Source of the DNA: Nitrospinota bacterium
GTDB lineage: Bacteria; Nitrospinota; Nitrospinia; Nitrospinales; VA-1
Length of the DNA: 64,000 nt
Reading direction: 5' to 3'
NCBI GenBank assembly: GCA_038108555.1
Contig: JAYNIA010000006.1
Location: 8,774 to 72,773, forward strand
Below, piece by piece: positions 55,353 to 62,798 of this stretch. Position 1 is the first letter of the stretch. Every line of letters begins with the position of its first letter. The translations under genes and the position numbers were made by a program. The notes beneath the pieces were generated by a model that saw only the letters and a list, made by a program, of their open reading frames with translations, did not search any database and was not told the origin of the DNA.

Positions 55353-55478
55353 TCTTTAGCTTTTCCGCTCTACCCGTTCAATTTTTCAAAATTCCTGCCC
55401 ACATTTCCCTGATTTTGGTTTAATATTCCCAAGGTTCGACTGGGGTACACCAAAAAACAATTTTTTGGCAATCGATTT

Positions 55479-55727
55479 ATGATAAAGATATTTTTTTTTC
55501 TGGCAGTGTTTGCCATTTTAGGGTGTGGAGAATCTACGCAATTTGAAAGTTTTTCTCATGACACGGGAAAAGGAAAAGAAGAGTTCCAGGTTGATTCGGA
55601 GATATGCCTAAAAGAAAAGGACAAGTATAGTAATAAAATTCAGGGGCGGGAATTCGGGTTCGAAGGCCAGGATACAGGCTATCTCGGATGTATGAAAATT
55701 AAAGGTTGGAGCAAAAAATCGAATTAG
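55479..55727 (+). CDS. Small lipoprotein (hypothetical)
   Basis: 82 aa with FAILGCGES lipobox. Two further Cys residues (EICLKE, LGCMKIKGW). Confidence 0.55.
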   Translation: MIKIFFFLAVFAILGCGESTQFESFSHDTGKGKEEFQVDSEICLKEKDKYSNKIQGREFGFEGQDTGYLGCMKIKGWSKKSN

Positions 55728-55742
55728 AAAAAAAATGCCGAA

Positions 55743-56660
55743 TCAATTTTTTTGGTTCCAGGCCCTTTGAATAGAGGCTGTAGGTTGGTGAACCAGATGA
55801 CACATTTTGCATGATTGCTTGTTGATTTGTTCGATATTGGCCTTGAATACTTTTTCAGATGGTTCCCCTGTTGCAAACTCCTTCTTGATGGTTTGCAGTG
55901 CATTCATAACATCATCCCCAACAAAAAAATCTTTGACCGACACAGAGCTTTTTGTCCACTCGGAAACATGGCATTTTGAACAAACGGAACGTAGGCTAGT
56001 GAGCCTTTTGGTAAAAATTTCGAGTGATTTCCAGGCGTCTTGAACATTTTTTTGTTCAAAGTTTACGGTGATCCTCATTAAGGAATCTGAAAGCATTTTC
56101 ATATATTGAGGGTAACCGATTTCTTTTTCTTCAAAAGGATCCAGCACTTTTATGGTTTCTGTTGAAGGCCAGTGATATCTAACCCAAACGCTGGTGTTCT
56201 TTTTTAAATGGCAATTTGCGCAGGTTTCCTCAAGAGTTTCCGAACTTTCTCCAATTTTTTTCATGTCTTTATTCAGGATATCTTCCTGAAACTCCCGGGC
56301 CGCCTTTAGATTAAAGTCTTCTTCCCATTCTGGAACCATTTTTGAGGCTTTATTGTATTGGTCCAAAAATAGTTCCGTATTTTTTTCCGCAAGATCCCAG
56401 CGTTTTTTTTCAATATTGACAAATATTGAGGATAGGGAAGTGCTGAGTTTCTGCATTTGTATGATCCAATCCGAAGGCATCCCCGGTTCCGCATAATATT
56501 GATCCATGGATTTTGGCGGGGGAGTGACCCGAAAATCTGAAGATGCAGCAGGTTGGATAGAAAAAAAGAATAAAACCGAACTAAAAAAAATTGGTCCCAT
56601 CAATAGGGATTTTCCCAAAAACAAAATATTATTTTTCTTTGGGGTGTCGATTTGGACCAT
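55743..56660 (-). CDS. Tri-haem c-type cytochrome, membrane-anchored or secreted
   Basis: 305 aa with N-terminal hydrophobic segment GPIFFSSVLFFFSIQPAASS. Three CxxCH motifs: CANCH (147-151), CSKCH (227-231), CKMCH (284-288). Confidence 0.7.
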   Translation of the reverse strand: MVQIDTPKKNNILFLGKSLLMGPIFFSSVLFFFSIQPAASSDFRVTPPPKSMDQYYAEPGMPSDWIIQMQKLSTSLSSIFVNIEKKRWDLAEKNTELFLDQYNKASKMVPEWEEDFNLKAAREFQEDILNKDMKKIGESSETLEETCANCHLKKNTSVWVRYHWPSTETIKVLDPFEEKEIGYPQYMKMLSDSLMRITVNFEQKNVQDAWKSLEIFTKRLTSLRSVCSKCHVSEWTKSSVSVKDFFVGDDVMNALQTIKKEFATGEPSEKVFKANIEQINKQSCKMCHLVHQPTASIQRAWNQKN

Positions 56661-56697
56661 ATCGTTTTTTCGGGGGAGTAAATGCGAAAAGGCAAAG

Positions 56698-56913
56698 TCA
56701 GCATTTGATTCGGTAGAAGTAATCGCCCAGTTTGAACGGGCTCCCGGAGCGAACTACTCTTAGAAAGCATTTTTTTTTGTCTTCCGACAAATCTTCCAGA
56801 ACTTGCTCCCTTACTTCCTTGTAGGAAATCTCTTCCCAATGGCAGTGGTTGGCTGACCTTTCCAGTTGGAAACCTGAGATGTCCTCCATTTCAATATGAT
56901 TTTTATCTTTCAT
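56698..56913 (-). CDS. Hypothetical 71-aa protein upstream of the cytochrome gene
   Basis: Same strand, 37 nt upstream of the cytochrome ORF. AAGG lies 5 nt before the ATG. No family recognised (contains HCHWEE and a C-terminal Cys). Confidence 0.4.
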   Translation of the reverse strand: MKDKNHIEMEDISGFQLERSANHCHWEEISYKEVREQVLEDLSEDKKKCFLRVVRSGSPFKLGDYFYRIKC

Positions 56914-57035
56914 TAAACCTTATTTGTAATTTTTAAGATGCTTTATTATATTAAAGAATCCTGTTTATCCTAATTGTTTTTCACAATTGTTTTAAGCTTT
57001 TTTTGTTAAAAAATCAGGCATAAAAATGGAAAAAA

Positions 57036-57800
57036 ATGCTTTTAGTTATTGATGTTGGAAATTCGAATAATGTCATTGGATTGTTTTCGGGAGAAAAACT
57101 GCTCACTCATTGGAGAATCAGGACCGAGTGGAACAGAACTGCAGACGAATATTGGGTTTTGATTAAAGAATTCATCTTGTTGAACAATGTGGAAACAGAA
57201 ACCATTGATGATATTGTGATTGCCTGTGTGGTGCCACCTCTGGTTCCGATTCTTCAAAACATGGGAAAAAAATATTTTTCATGTGAACCCTTGATTGTTG
57301 GCCCCGGAATTAAAACGGGAATTTCCATTCTTTACAGGAATCCATCTGAAGTGGGTGCAGACCGTATCGTAAACTCCGTCGCTGCATATGAAAAATATGG
57401 TGGCCCGTTAATCATTGTCGATTTTGGAACCGCGACCACTTTTGATGTTGTGTCGGAAAAGGGGGAATATCTGGGAGGTTCTATTTTCCCCGGGGTTCAG
57501 ATTTCCCTGGAAGCCCTTTTTAAAAATACAGCCAAACTGCCTCGAGTAGATATGACCTTTCCGGAGAAAGTCATTGGAAAATCCACCGTAGAAAGCCTGC
57601 GTTCAGGTGCGGTCTATGGGTTTTCAGGGATGGTCGAGGCATTGGTGAAACAGATAAAAGATGAATTGGGCCAAAATGCCCATGTGGTGGCAACAGGGGG
57701 GATTGTTGATTGGATCACTACGGAAACATCAACTATAGATACCATCGATCCCTTTTTAACCCTGGACGGTCTCAGAATTATTTATGAAAAAAATAAATAA
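57036..57800 (+). CDS. coaX: Type III pantothenate kinase
   Basis: 254 aa. MLLVIDVGNSN, GADRIVN and IIVDFGTATTFD ASKHA-fold motifs. Confidence 0.92.
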   Translation: MLLVIDVGNSNNVIGLFSGEKLLTHWRIRTEWNRTADEYWVLIKEFILLNNVETETIDDIVIACVVPPLVPILQNMGKKYFSCEPLIVGPGIKTGISILYRNPSEVGADRIVNSVAAYEKYGGPLIIVDFGTATTFDVVSEKGEYLGGSIFPGVQISLEALFKNTAKLPRVDMTFPEKVIGKSTVESLRSGAVYGFSGMVEALVKQIKDELGQNAHVVATGGIVDWITTETSTIDTIDPFLTLDGLRIIYEKNK

Positions 57801-57820
57801 TTCATTTTTCTTTTTTAAAC

Positions 57821-57900
57821 AAAAAACCCCGGCTATCCCAAACGCAGCGTTTCCAGTAAGAGGAGGAGACCGAAAACCATGAAATTTGGAATAACCGGGG
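57821..57900 (-). terminator. Long hairpin + U-run downstream of the tusA-like gene (terminator or small structured RNA)
   Basis: The arms 57827-57839 and 57888-57900 form 13 bp on the minus-strand RNA. Two G:U pairs there would be C:A mismatches on the plus strand. A 48-nt interior follows, then UUUUUU (complement of 57821-57826). Confidence 0.4.
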
Positions 57901-57912
57901 TTCAGGGGACGT

Positions 57913-58161
57913 TTATACTTTTACGACTCGCGATCCTTTCCTAATGAATAGACGTACCATTCTATGGTCGTCTTCAATGTCAGATATTCTGCACCCTTGG
58001 CTTTTTGCCCATTTCGTGAAATCTTCTGTGAAATTTTTCTTTTTATCCAAGATCAGCTCTAAAATTCCATTTTTCTTTACTCTTCTGAACTCTTCAGAAG
58101 CCAGCTGAAAGGCTTTAAAAAATGAAAGTCCTCGGATATCCAGTGTTCTAAACATTTCCAT
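57913..58161 (-). CDS. TusA/SirA-like protein lacking the catalytic cysteine
   Basis: TLDIRGLSFFKAFQ...ILELILDKKKNFTEDFTKWAKSQGCRI...LFIRKG aligns along its length with E. coli TusA (LDALGLRCPEPV...LLIIADDP...YLIRKG). The CPxP motif is replaced by SFFK. Confidence 0.65.
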   Translation of the reverse strand: MEMFRTLDIRGLSFFKAFQLASEEFRRVKKNGILELILDKKKNFTEDFTKWAKSQGCRISDIEDDHRMVRLFIRKGSRVVKV

Positions 58162-58469
58162 AACAAATCCCTCCCTGTTTTAATCTGCTGTCAGGTCGTT
58201 TAATTTCAATAGAGCTATTTTATGTTTGCAATATTAAAAAGTAGTTAATCAGGCATTAATTTTTTTTAATATTTTAAGGTTCCCAAGTGAAGGTTCTCTT
58301 TTAAGCTGTTGAATAATTTGTCTTTTTAGGGGCTCACGTTGAAGTGAATGGGCAAGGATTTAATTAATCTGTTTATTTTCAATTCATATAGGATGCCGGT
58401 GCAGAATGAGATATAGTTATTAGCTTAAATTGAATGATATTAAAGTAAACAGGTTGTCAGGAGATATAA

Positions 58470-59414
58470 ATGGGTATTATTCGTGGAGGCGATGCAGAGT
58501 ACGAAGAATTTGAGCCTTCCTATGAGGAAAAAGCAGAAAAGCTTGAGGCAACTTTAAAATCTTTGCTGGAAGAGAATTCTGACTCTCTTAAACTTTCTGG
58601 AAAATATATAGCGACCGATGAGGTGAAAATTATTAGTAATTTTTCTCCCATGGGTTCTGTTAAGTCGCTCGACTTAAGTGATAATCAAATTAATGATGAG
58701 GCCTTGCAGTACCTTTTTGAATCAGAAACTCTTGGCGGGTTGGAAGAGCTTCAATTGCAGATAAATTTTTTAACCGGAAAAGGATTGAGTGAGCTTGCCA
58801 AATCTGAAAATGTAAAGCTGAAAAATTTAAAATCCCTGGTTCTTTCCGATAACCGGTTAAGCGATGCATCAATTGCAGAAATGTTTCTATCAAATAATTT
58901 TCAAAGTCTCGAATCCCTGAATGTGGGTTGGAATGAAGCGGGTAATGAAACAGCCAAAGCCCTTGGAGCAACCACTACATTTCCTAATTTAAAGAAACTG
59001 GAAATGGAGCGCAGCTACCTTGAGGAGGAGGGTTTCCGTGAATTTGTAAAAGGACAAGTTGCCGATCAACTGGAGGTTCTGGATTTGTCAGCCAACAAAA
59101 TCAATGATGAGTCTATGAAGATTATTGCGCAGGCTGAAAAATGGAAATCTCTTAAGACCCTTCGCTTATCACAAAATAGATTTGGTAATGAAGGCGCGAA
59201 AGCTTTGGGAGAATCTAGTTCATTAAGCGGACTCACCCAGCTTTATGTGGGAAGGAACTATTTTGATGCCGAGGGTGCCCAGGCAATTTATGAAAGTAAA
59301 GTGCTGAAAAATCTCAAGACCCTGGTGATTAAAGAGGATATTGATGAGGGGTCTGGACTGGTAAATTATTCGCGCCCGGAACTTCTTCGTCCGGACGACC
59401 CCAACGCAATCTGA
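58470..59414 (+). CDS. Ribonuclease-inhibitor-type leucine-rich repeat (LRR_RI) protein
   Basis: 314 aa. Acidic N-terminus, then about eight 28-29-aa repeats such as LKSLDLSDNQINDEALQYL, LKSLVLSDNRLSDASIAEM, LKTLRLSQNRFGNEGAKALG and LTQLYVGRNYFDAEGAQAI. No signal peptide. Confidence 0.8.
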   Translation: MGIIRGGDAEYEEFEPSYEEKAEKLEATLKSLLEENSDSLKLSGKYIATDEVKIISNFSPMGSVKSLDLSDNQINDEALQYLFESETLGGLEELQLQINFLTGKGLSELAKSENVKLKNLKSLVLSDNRLSDASIAEMFLSNNFQSLESLNVGWNEAGNETAKALGATTTFPNLKKLEMERSYLEEEGFREFVKGQVADQLEVLDLSANKINDESMKIIAQAEKWKSLKTLRLSQNRFGNEGAKALGESSSLSGLTQLYVGRNYFDAEGAQAIYESKVLKNLKTLVIKEDIDEGSGLVNYSRPELLRPDDPNAI

Positions 59415-59421
59415 TCTGGAA

Positions 59422-60081
59422 TTAAAATATTTTCAGTTTTTCAAGTTTCGTCAATTTAGGGGAGTTTTTTAAAGCCTCTTTAGCTTCCTCCGACTTGATC
59501 CGGTTTCCACCCAGATGCAGATAATTTAAATTGCAAAGGTTATCTGAATTGGCAATGGCCATGGCTCCCTCATCACCGACCCGGTTATCAACCATATTCA
59601 AATGTTCTACTTTGGTCAAGTAAGGGGATTGTGCCAGTGCTTTTGCACCTTCAGCAGTAATTCCGTTACATTCAAGGTTTAAGGTTGTTACCTCTGAAAA
59701 AATGGGGGCTTGAGCCAAGATAGCCATGCCCTCGTTTCCTAGATCATTGGAACCCAGATGTAGATAATTCACTTTGGGAAGGATAGGTGAAGAAACAAGA
59801 ATTTTGAGACCTTCAGGTCCCAGTCTATTGTGCGTGATAATCAAACTGGAAATGGTTTTTATATATGGGAAGTTGGCGATTAACTCGGCAAGTTCCCGGC
59901 CATGATCTTCTTCGATTTTTCCGGTTTTTGAAAACAGGTAGGCGTCTTGAATTTTGAGGATCTTTTTATCTTTTATATTTTCGAAAAGGATTTTTTCCTT
60001 GGGTGAAAGCTTATCACCCTCGCCACCGTAGTTTTCACCGTCGTTACATAACTCTTCCCAGTTTTTTAATTTTTCTGCCAT
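59422..60081 (-). CDS. Ribonuclease-inhibitor-type LRR protein
   Basis: Repeats: LIITHNRLGPEGLKIL, LHLGSNDLGNEGMAILA, LNLECNGITAEGAKALA, LNMVDNRVGDEGAMAIA, LHLGGNRIKSEEAKEAL. The start is set at ATG 60081 with AGGA 4 nt upstream, 5 nt after the upstream gene's stop. The ORF extends to 60117. Confidence 0.8.
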   Translation of the reverse strand: MAEKLKNWEELCNDGENYGGEGDKLSPKEKILFENIKDKKILKIQDAYLFSKTGKIEEDHGRELAELIANFPYIKTISSLIITHNRLGPEGLKILVSSPILPKVNYLHLGSNDLGNEGMAILAQAPIFSEVTTLNLECNGITAEGAKALAQSPYLTKVEHLNMVDNRVGDEGAMAIANSDNLCNLNYLHLGGNRIKSEEAKEALKNSPKLTKLEKLKIF

Positions 60082-60086
60082 GAATC

Positions 60087-60551
60087 CTAACGTTTGAGTC
60101 TTTTTTCTCTTGCACAACCTGCCTGATTACCCATTCCGCAGGCTCTTTTATAATACTTGATAGCTTTGCTTTGCCTACCTTCTTTGTAGTTTAGGGTGCC
60201 CAGGTTATAGCAGGACTGGTCCTCTCCAGCTTCACAGGCCTTATCAAACATTTTGCGTGCTTGCTTGAATTGTTTGCTATAGGGTGTTCCCTTCATAGCC
60301 AGAAGGATGCCGCCATTGGTGCAACCTGTCATATAATCCCCATCGCAGGCTTTTTCATAAAATCCCAAGGCTGTTTTTAAATCTTTTTCAACCGTTCGAT
60401 ACCGCTCACCGGTTTTGAAACAGGCGGTTGCGTTTCCTTCTTTGCAGAGAGCTTCCAGTTTTTGATCAAAGGATAATTCTTCAGCGAGGGCTCCTGGAGC
60501 TAAAAATACAATCGAAAGCAAAACAATGAGTGCTTTATTTAAATATTTCAC
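60087..60551 (-). CDS. Secreted cysteine-rich Sel1-like repeat protein (Hcp-like)
   Basis: Signal peptide MKYLNKALIVLLSIVFLAPGALA. Four C-x7-C pairs (CKEGNATAC, CDGDYMTGC, CEAGEDQSC, CGMGNQAGC) in SLR units, as in Helicobacter cysteine-rich proteins. Confidence 0.75.
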   Translation of the reverse strand: MKYLNKALIVLLSIVFLAPGALAEELSFDQKLEALCKEGNATACFKTGERYRTVEKDLKTALGFYEKACDGDYMTGCTNGGILLAMKGTPYSKQFKQARKMFDKACEAGEDQSCYNLGTLNYKEGRQSKAIKYYKRACGMGNQAGCAREKRLKR

Positions 60552-60796
60552 ATCTACCTCTTTTCGATTTTAGGTTGATGAAGGGAAATCCAAGTGGCTC
60601 AGTATATCATAATGTCCATAAATAAAGGGTTATTAAAGCCTTGGCTAAGGGCATTTCCTGATGTTTTTATCTTTGGTTTGCATCGGGAGGTGGTTTTTAT
60701 TAACCTTCACGAAACCTTTTAAAATGAATTGATTAGGTGGCTTGTCACCAGCTGATTTGATTCATATCCAAATCGTTGATCAATAGGTGCATTTTC

Positions 60797-61324
60797 GTGA
60801 ATATCGTATTGCTGGGTTATCGGGGTACAGGAAAATCAGTAATATCCAAAATTCTTTCTGAAAGGCTTCGTATGAGGCTATTCAAAATTGATAAAATGAT
60901 TACGGAGTCAGCTGGTAAATCCATTCCCGAAATTGTGGAACAAGACGGCTGGGAAAGTTTTCGAAAGCTGGAATCAAAAATTGTGGCGGACGTTTCTAAC
61001 AAAGCCAAAAACTGCATTATAGATTGTGGCGGCGGTGTTGTCTTAAATAAGGAAAATATAGTTAATTTAAAGAGGGAAGGGATTTGTGTCGTACTCACCG
61101 CCAGCCTGGAAACCATTCTCAAAAGAATTCGCCATGATCCCAATCGTCCTTCTTTTGGGGATGGGCTTAGCTTTGAAGAAGAACAGAAAAAAAATATTGC
61201 GGAGCGTGAAGAAAAGTATCGTGCCGCAGCAGATTTTACCTGTGATACATCAGATCGCCGACCCGGAGAGACGGTGAGAGAGATAACCGATTTTTTGAAA
61301 TCAAAGGGATGGATTAAAAAATAA
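60797..61324 (+). CDS. aroK: Shikimate kinase
   Basis: IVLLGYRGTGKSVISKILSERL Walker A, D-x-MI...GKSIPEIVEQDGWESFRKLE, CGGGVV and DPNRP. GTG 60797 is the preferred start; the ORF runs from 60776. Confidence 0.8.
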   Translation: MNIVLLGYRGTGKSVISKILSERLRMRLFKIDKMITESAGKSIPEIVEQDGWESFRKLESKIVADVSNKAKNCIIDCGGGVVLNKENIVNLKREGICVVLTASLETILKRIRHDPNRPSFGDGLSFEEEQKKNIAEREEKYRAAADFTCDTSDRRPGETVREITDFLKSKGWIKK

Positions 61325-62133
61325 TGAGTCCCCTTTTTGAAAGCCTGGTCGTTAATAGCCTGACTATCCTTGCAGATGAGCCGGATGATTCTACTGCAAT
61401 GGTGTTGAATGAGGCTGAAACACAGGCGGAGTTGGAAGGCAACGAAAAAGCCATATATAGGCTGGACTTGAATGACAAAGAAGTCCTGCTGGAAGAACTG
61501 GAAGATTTGATGGCTTTCAATAAAACTCAAAAGGTCAAGGATCTTCGGCTGGATAAAAATGAGTTTTTTGACGAAGGGGTGGAACTGCTGGTCAATGCTC
61601 CAGCTTTAAAAAAGTTAATAACCCTTTCGCTGGCTTACAATAAACTTACCGATAGTGCTCTGAAAGCTATATCTGCATCGGAAAATATTGTGAATTTAAG
61701 GAAGCTCTTTTTGCAGGGAAACCGGATTGGTGCTGAAGGAATGAAAGCTTTAATGGCATCTGAAACGCTTTCAAATTTACAGCTTCTATATCTTAACCTC
61801 AATCCGATAGGCCCTGATGGGGCTAAAATTTTAGCGGGGCCTGGCAAAATGATGCAATTGGAAGAGCTATACCTTCAAAAAACTGGAATCGGAGAAAAGG
61901 GATTGAAAGACCTTTGTGAATCCGGAAATTTCAAAAACCTCAAGCTTCTTTCGCTGGCAGGTAACGGGCTGGATGATCATGCGGCCGAGTTGATATATCA
62001 TTCCACGGCTTTTCCTGAATTAAAAACGCTGGATTTGTACCACAATAAAATCAGCGATCAGGCAGTTGACCAACTTCGTAATTCCCCAAACCTCCCCAAG
62101 TTAACCGCTCTTCAGGCCGACTGGCGCAGTTAA
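61324..62133 (+). CDS. Ribonuclease-inhibitor-type LRR protein, translationally coupled to aroK
   Basis: 269 aa. Acidic N-terminus, then LRLDKNEFFDEGVELL, LSLAYNKLTDSALKAI, LFLQGNRIGAEGMKALM, LNLNPIGPDGAKILA, LSLAGNGLDDHAAELI and LDLYHNKISDQAVDQL. Its ATG overlaps the aroK TAA (TAATG). Confidence 0.8.
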   Translation: MSPLFESLVVNSLTILADEPDDSTAMVLNEAETQAELEGNEKAIYRLDLNDKEVLLEELEDLMAFNKTQKVKDLRLDKNEFFDEGVELLVNAPALKKLITLSLAYNKLTDSALKAISASENIVNLRKLFLQGNRIGAEGMKALMASETLSNLQLLYLNLNPIGPDGAKILAGPGKMMQLEELYLQKTGIGEKGLKDLCESGNFKNLKLLSLAGNGLDDHAAELIYHSTAFPELKTLDLYHNKISDQAVDQLRNSPNLPKLTALQADWRS

Positions 62134-62142
62134 TCCGGTTTT

Positions 62143-62772
62143 ATGGCTCAAAAACTTCCCGGGAAAAAGAGAATTCTTGCACATTTCGAAGCGAAAGACC
62201 CTGTGATGGCTTCGGTGATTCGGGAACTGGGTGCCTTTAAGTTGAGTCGTAACCTAAACTATTTTTTAGTTTTGTGTAAAGCCATTATCGCTCAGCAAAT
62301 TTCAACAAAAGCTGCGGAATCGATCACTCGCCGTTTCCAAAGTCTGTTTGAAAGTCAAAACCCAACACCTGCAAGAGTGGCAAAGATTTCTGTCTTGAAA
62401 CTCAGAAACTCGGGATTGTCAGGGCAGAAAGTAAAATACCTGAAAGACCTGGCAGCCCGATTTGAGGATGGTTCTATTCGACCCCACCGTCTCACGTATC
62501 AAACAAATGAAGAGGTGATTGAAATATTGACCGCAGTTTATGGGATCGGAACATGGACAGCAGAAATGTTCCTGATATTTTCTTTAAATCGAATGGACGT
62601 TTTGCCGGTGGGAGATCTGGGGCTCAGGGCAGGAGTAAAAAAGATATACAACATGCGCAGCTTGCCCTCTCCTAAAAGACTGCTTTCTCTGGGTAAAAAA
62701 TGGCATCCAATGGAAACTGTGGCAACGTGGTATGCTTGGCGAATACAGGATGCTGAAATTATAACTTATTAA
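62143..62772 (+). CDS. DNA-3-methyladenine glycosylase II-like (HhH-GPD superfamily)
   Basis: 209 aa. IIAQQISTKAA, helix-hairpin-helix AVYGIGTWTAEMFLIF and VLPVGDLGLR (catalytic Asp region). Confidence 0.75.
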   Translation: MAQKLPGKKRILAHFEAKDPVMASVIRELGAFKLSRNLNYFLVLCKAIIAQQISTKAAESITRRFQSLFESQNPTPARVAKISVLKLRNSGLSGQKVKYLKDLAARFEDGSIRPHRLTYQTNEEVIEILTAVYGIGTWTAEMFLIFSLNRMDVLPVGDLGLRAGVKKIYNMRSLPSPKRLLSLGKKWHPMETVATWYAWRIQDAEIITY

Positions 62773-62798
62773 GCTCATTAACCAGGGCAAAGACAATT

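Noticed and set aside
60817-61530. 237-aa ORF on the minus strand
   Set aside because: It is entirely antisense to aroK and the LRR3 gene, both of which have clear family motifs. Its translation is Ser/Phe/Ile-rich low complexity, typical of a shadow ORF in AT-rich DNA.
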